64,000 nt of DNA from an uncultured Spirochaetota bacterium (GTDB lineage Bacteria; Spirochaetota; UBA4802; UBA5550): assembly GCA_963827275.1 (NCBI GenBank), contig CAWHAA010000002.1, forward strand, positions 64,001 to 128,000. Reading direction: 5' to 3'. The position numbers were made by a program, and so were the translations under genes. The notes under the pieces were generated by a model. That model saw nothing but the letters and a program-made list of their open reading frames with translations, ran no database searches and was not told where the DNA came from. Of this stretch, positions 61,962 through 64,000 are shown piece by piece. Position 1 is the first letter of the stretch. Every line of letters begins with the position of its first letter.

Positions 61962-62276
61962 ATGGATGAATATATCCCTGAAAATAATCTCGTTGTCCTT
62001 TTTTTATTGATGATTCTTACCCTTGGACTCTATTATTTCTGGTGGCTGGCCCGTACCAGCAGGGTATTTAATGACGATCCGGTCATCAATATTTTGCTCA
62101 CGGTATTCACTCTTGGCATATGGGGCATGTACCTGAACCTGAAGTATTTACAGAAGTCGGAGATGCTGAACGGCAGGGACGTAAAATGGTACATGATATT
62201 GTTTTTACCGTTTATCATAATATTCCCCATCATTATACAGCACAATGTGAATGAGAAATTTTTCCCGGGTCGCTAA
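61962..62276 (+). CDS. DUF4234-like small membrane protein
   Basis: LLMILTLGLYYFWW and LLTVFTLGIWGMY duplicated hydrophobic motif; GGAG RBS. Confidence 0.65.
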   Translation: MDEYIPENNLVVLFLLMILTLGLYYFWWLARTSRVFNDDPVINILLTVFTLGIWGMYLNLKYLQKSEMLNGRDVKWYMILFLPFIIIFPIIIQHNVNEKFFPGR

Positions 62277-62294
62277 GATTGTCAGGAGACAGCA

Positions 62295-64000
62295 ATGATA
62301 GTCAGGTGCAACAACTGTAATTCCGCGTTCGCGGTCGATGATTCAAAAGTCGAAGATAAAAAATTCGCCTTCACCTGCCCGAAATGCGATAATGAGAACG
62401 TCATTGACAATCGAAAACAGTCGCCGGCGGGTTTCGCCGGACCGGCGGTGGTAGATGAGGCGTTCGATGAAGCAGATCGGCCGCTGTCGCGGGAAGAGTC
62501 GGCGGCGGATGATTTTTTTGAGGACACCGTGCCGTCACTCGTACCGGATAAAACGGCGGTGAAAGAGACCCCCGTATCCAGGGAGCCCCTGCTTGAAGAG
62601 CCTGGGCTGATGGATCTGGACGACCTGTCCGGGCTTACCGAGCCGGAACGTGCCAGCGGCACGGCATCTTCGACTGAGGGGGCGGAACTTCCTCCGGCGG
62701 ATGACATGCGCGCGGGGGCCCCGCTTGATGACCTGGTTCTCGATGATGAACTGACAGCACCAGAGATACGGGAGAAAAGGCCGGATTCGGACAGCATTTT
62801 CATGGAGGATGATCTGCCCGGCGGTAAAAAGGAGCAGTCGAAACCGGTATTTGAAGAACTCAGTGAAGAGCTCGGCGAATTTAAACATGATACTGATCTG
62901 ATACTGGACGAGCTGGAACTCAAGGAGGAACCGGGGGAACCGGTCAGGCTCGAGAAATTTGACGATATAGATGCGCTCCTGGCGGCCGAGGAAAAGCAGA
63001 AGGAGATCGTGGATGATTTCGAGCCCCTTGAGCTTGAAACCGACGACGTCCCCTCAAAGACCCGTACGACGGACCTTGTTCTCGATGAGGAGATTAAGGC
63101 CGAAGAGATGTACCGTGCTGAAGATGAGGTTCATGACGAGAGCATTACCATAGACCTGGATTCGCTCGACATCGATCTCGAGGAGACCGATAAGGCGGCG
63201 GGACGTAAACGGCCCGGGCAAATGTCAGTACCGGCGGGTGACGCTATGCCGGCGGCGGGCGCCCTCGACGGCGTCCCTGTAGAGGATGAGAATATAACGA
63301 TCGACCTGGATTCGCTCGACATCGATCTGCAGGAGGGCGGGGAAGTATCAAAGGGTGAGAGCCATGAAGAGCTTGGCCTCGACCTGTCCGATTTTTCAGA
63401 GGAAACAATACAGGAGCTTGAAGACGTGTCGCAGGCCCCGGCGCACGTTGAAGACGAGGATATAAAGCTTGATCTTGCCAGTCTCGATATCTCGCTCGAG
63501 GAGACCGATGAAATCAAGCAGGGAGAATCCATCGATGACGATGAAAAGCTGACGCTTGAAGACGCGGGACTGACGCTCGAGGAATTGACCGCCGACGGCC
63601 CGAAGTCTGGCCCCTACCGATCCGGCGGATTGGCCGATGAGAGCGATGACTCCATCAGGCTGAACATCGATGATCTTGATAAAGACGTTGATCTCCAGGC
63701 CATTGAATTGGAGTTGAAGGAAGCTGAATCGATCCTGGCCGGTACCGTCGAAAAAAAGGAGGAGCTCAAGCTCATCGATGAGCTTTCCGATCTTCCCGAT
63801 ATTGATTTTATCGAAGAACCGGCACAGGCTGTTCCGGCGGGTCCGCGGAAAAAGGTCTTCTCCAGAGCAGAAGACGAGCTGATTACAATTGACGACAGGG
63901 ACCGCATCGCTCCCCGCAGGGGCGGGTTGCAGACGGCCATCCCCGACCTGGCGGCGCGTGGCGCGGTTAATTTTTCCATCGATTATTCGATCAAGTATTC
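62295..64000 (+). CDS. MJ0042-type Zn-ribbon protein with long acidic repeat region (3' truncated by the window)
   Basis: CAGGAG RBS, then MIVRCNNCNSAFAVDDSKV...FTCPKC. I translated the frame by hand and it is open to the window end (over 560 codons). Absent from the ORF track because no stop is reached. Confidence 0.85.
   Translation, partial: MIVRCNNCNSAFAVDDSKVEDKKFAFTCPKCDNENVIDNRKQSPAGFAGPAVVDEAFDEADRPLSREESAADDFFEDTVPSLVPDKTAVKETPVSREPLLEEPGLMDLDDLSGLTEPERASGTASSTEGAELPPADDMRAGAPLDDLVLDDELTAPEIREKRPDSDSIFMEDDLPGGKKEQSKPVFEELSEELGEFKHDTDLILDELELKEEPGEPVRLEKFDDIDALLAAEEKQKEIVDDFEPLELETDDVPSKTRTTDLVLDEEIKAEEMYRAEDEVHDESITIDLDSLDIDLEETDKAAGRKRPGQMSVPAGDAMPAAGALDGVPVEDENITIDLDSLDIDLQEGGEVSKGESHEELGLDLSDFSEETIQELEDVSQAPAHVEDEDIKLDLASLDISLEETDEIKQGESIDDDEKLTLEDAGLTLEELTADGPKSGPYRSGGLADESDDSIRLNIDDLDKDVDLQAIELELKEAESILAGTVEKKEELKLIDELSDLPDIDFIEEPAQAVPAGPRKKVFSRAEDELITIDDRDRIAPRRGGLQTAIPDLAARGAVNFSIDYSIKY
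63153..63328 (+). repeat. 26-bp exact direct repeat encoding DLDSLDIDL
   Basis: GACCTGGATTCGCTCGACATCGATCT at 63153-63178 and 63303-63328. Confidence 0.85.

Noticed and set aside
63153..63328. 26-bp direct repeat as a possible CRISPR array
   Set aside because: Two copies only, 150 bp apart and in frame within a CDS; no cas genes.

Overview
Origin-proximal chromosomal region of a bacterium. Gene content and order suggest a free-living Spirochaetota (Leptospira-related) lineage; this is inference, not a database result. The core is dnaA-dnaN-recF-dciA(DUF721)-remB-like(DUF370)-gyrB-gyrA on the minus strand, with DnaA-box clusters on both sides of dnaA and a DnaA-trio/AT-rich element next to dnaN (bipartite oriC). 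mnmG-rsmG lies about 10 kb away and carries two parS palindromes inside coding sequence; parAB and rpmH/rnpA/yidC are absent from the window. The rest is housekeeping, repair and signalling: purN, moeA, mog, pyrF, XPB-like helicase, recC-recB without recD, yebC-ruvC, surE, slyD, a GGDEF and an HD-GYP response regulator, two PP2C phosphatases, two STAS proteins plus RsbW, and MoxR/vWA. The best candidates for undescribed biology are four: (i) a four-gene operon divergent from dnaA (methyltransferase, Zn-ribbon Nudix fused to an RsbRD_N-like domain, atypical SGNH protein, PC4 ssDNA-binding protein); (ii) a partner-switching module with an FGGY kinase embedded in it; (iii) a minimal aryl-polyene-like ACP/KS/acyltransferase triad; (iv) a large Zn-ribbon protein with acidic repeats that runs off the right end and is missing from the ORF track. 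Two genes are split by single-base frameshifts. I saw no tRNA, rRNA, CRISPR array or mobile element. All family calls come from motif recognition by eye.
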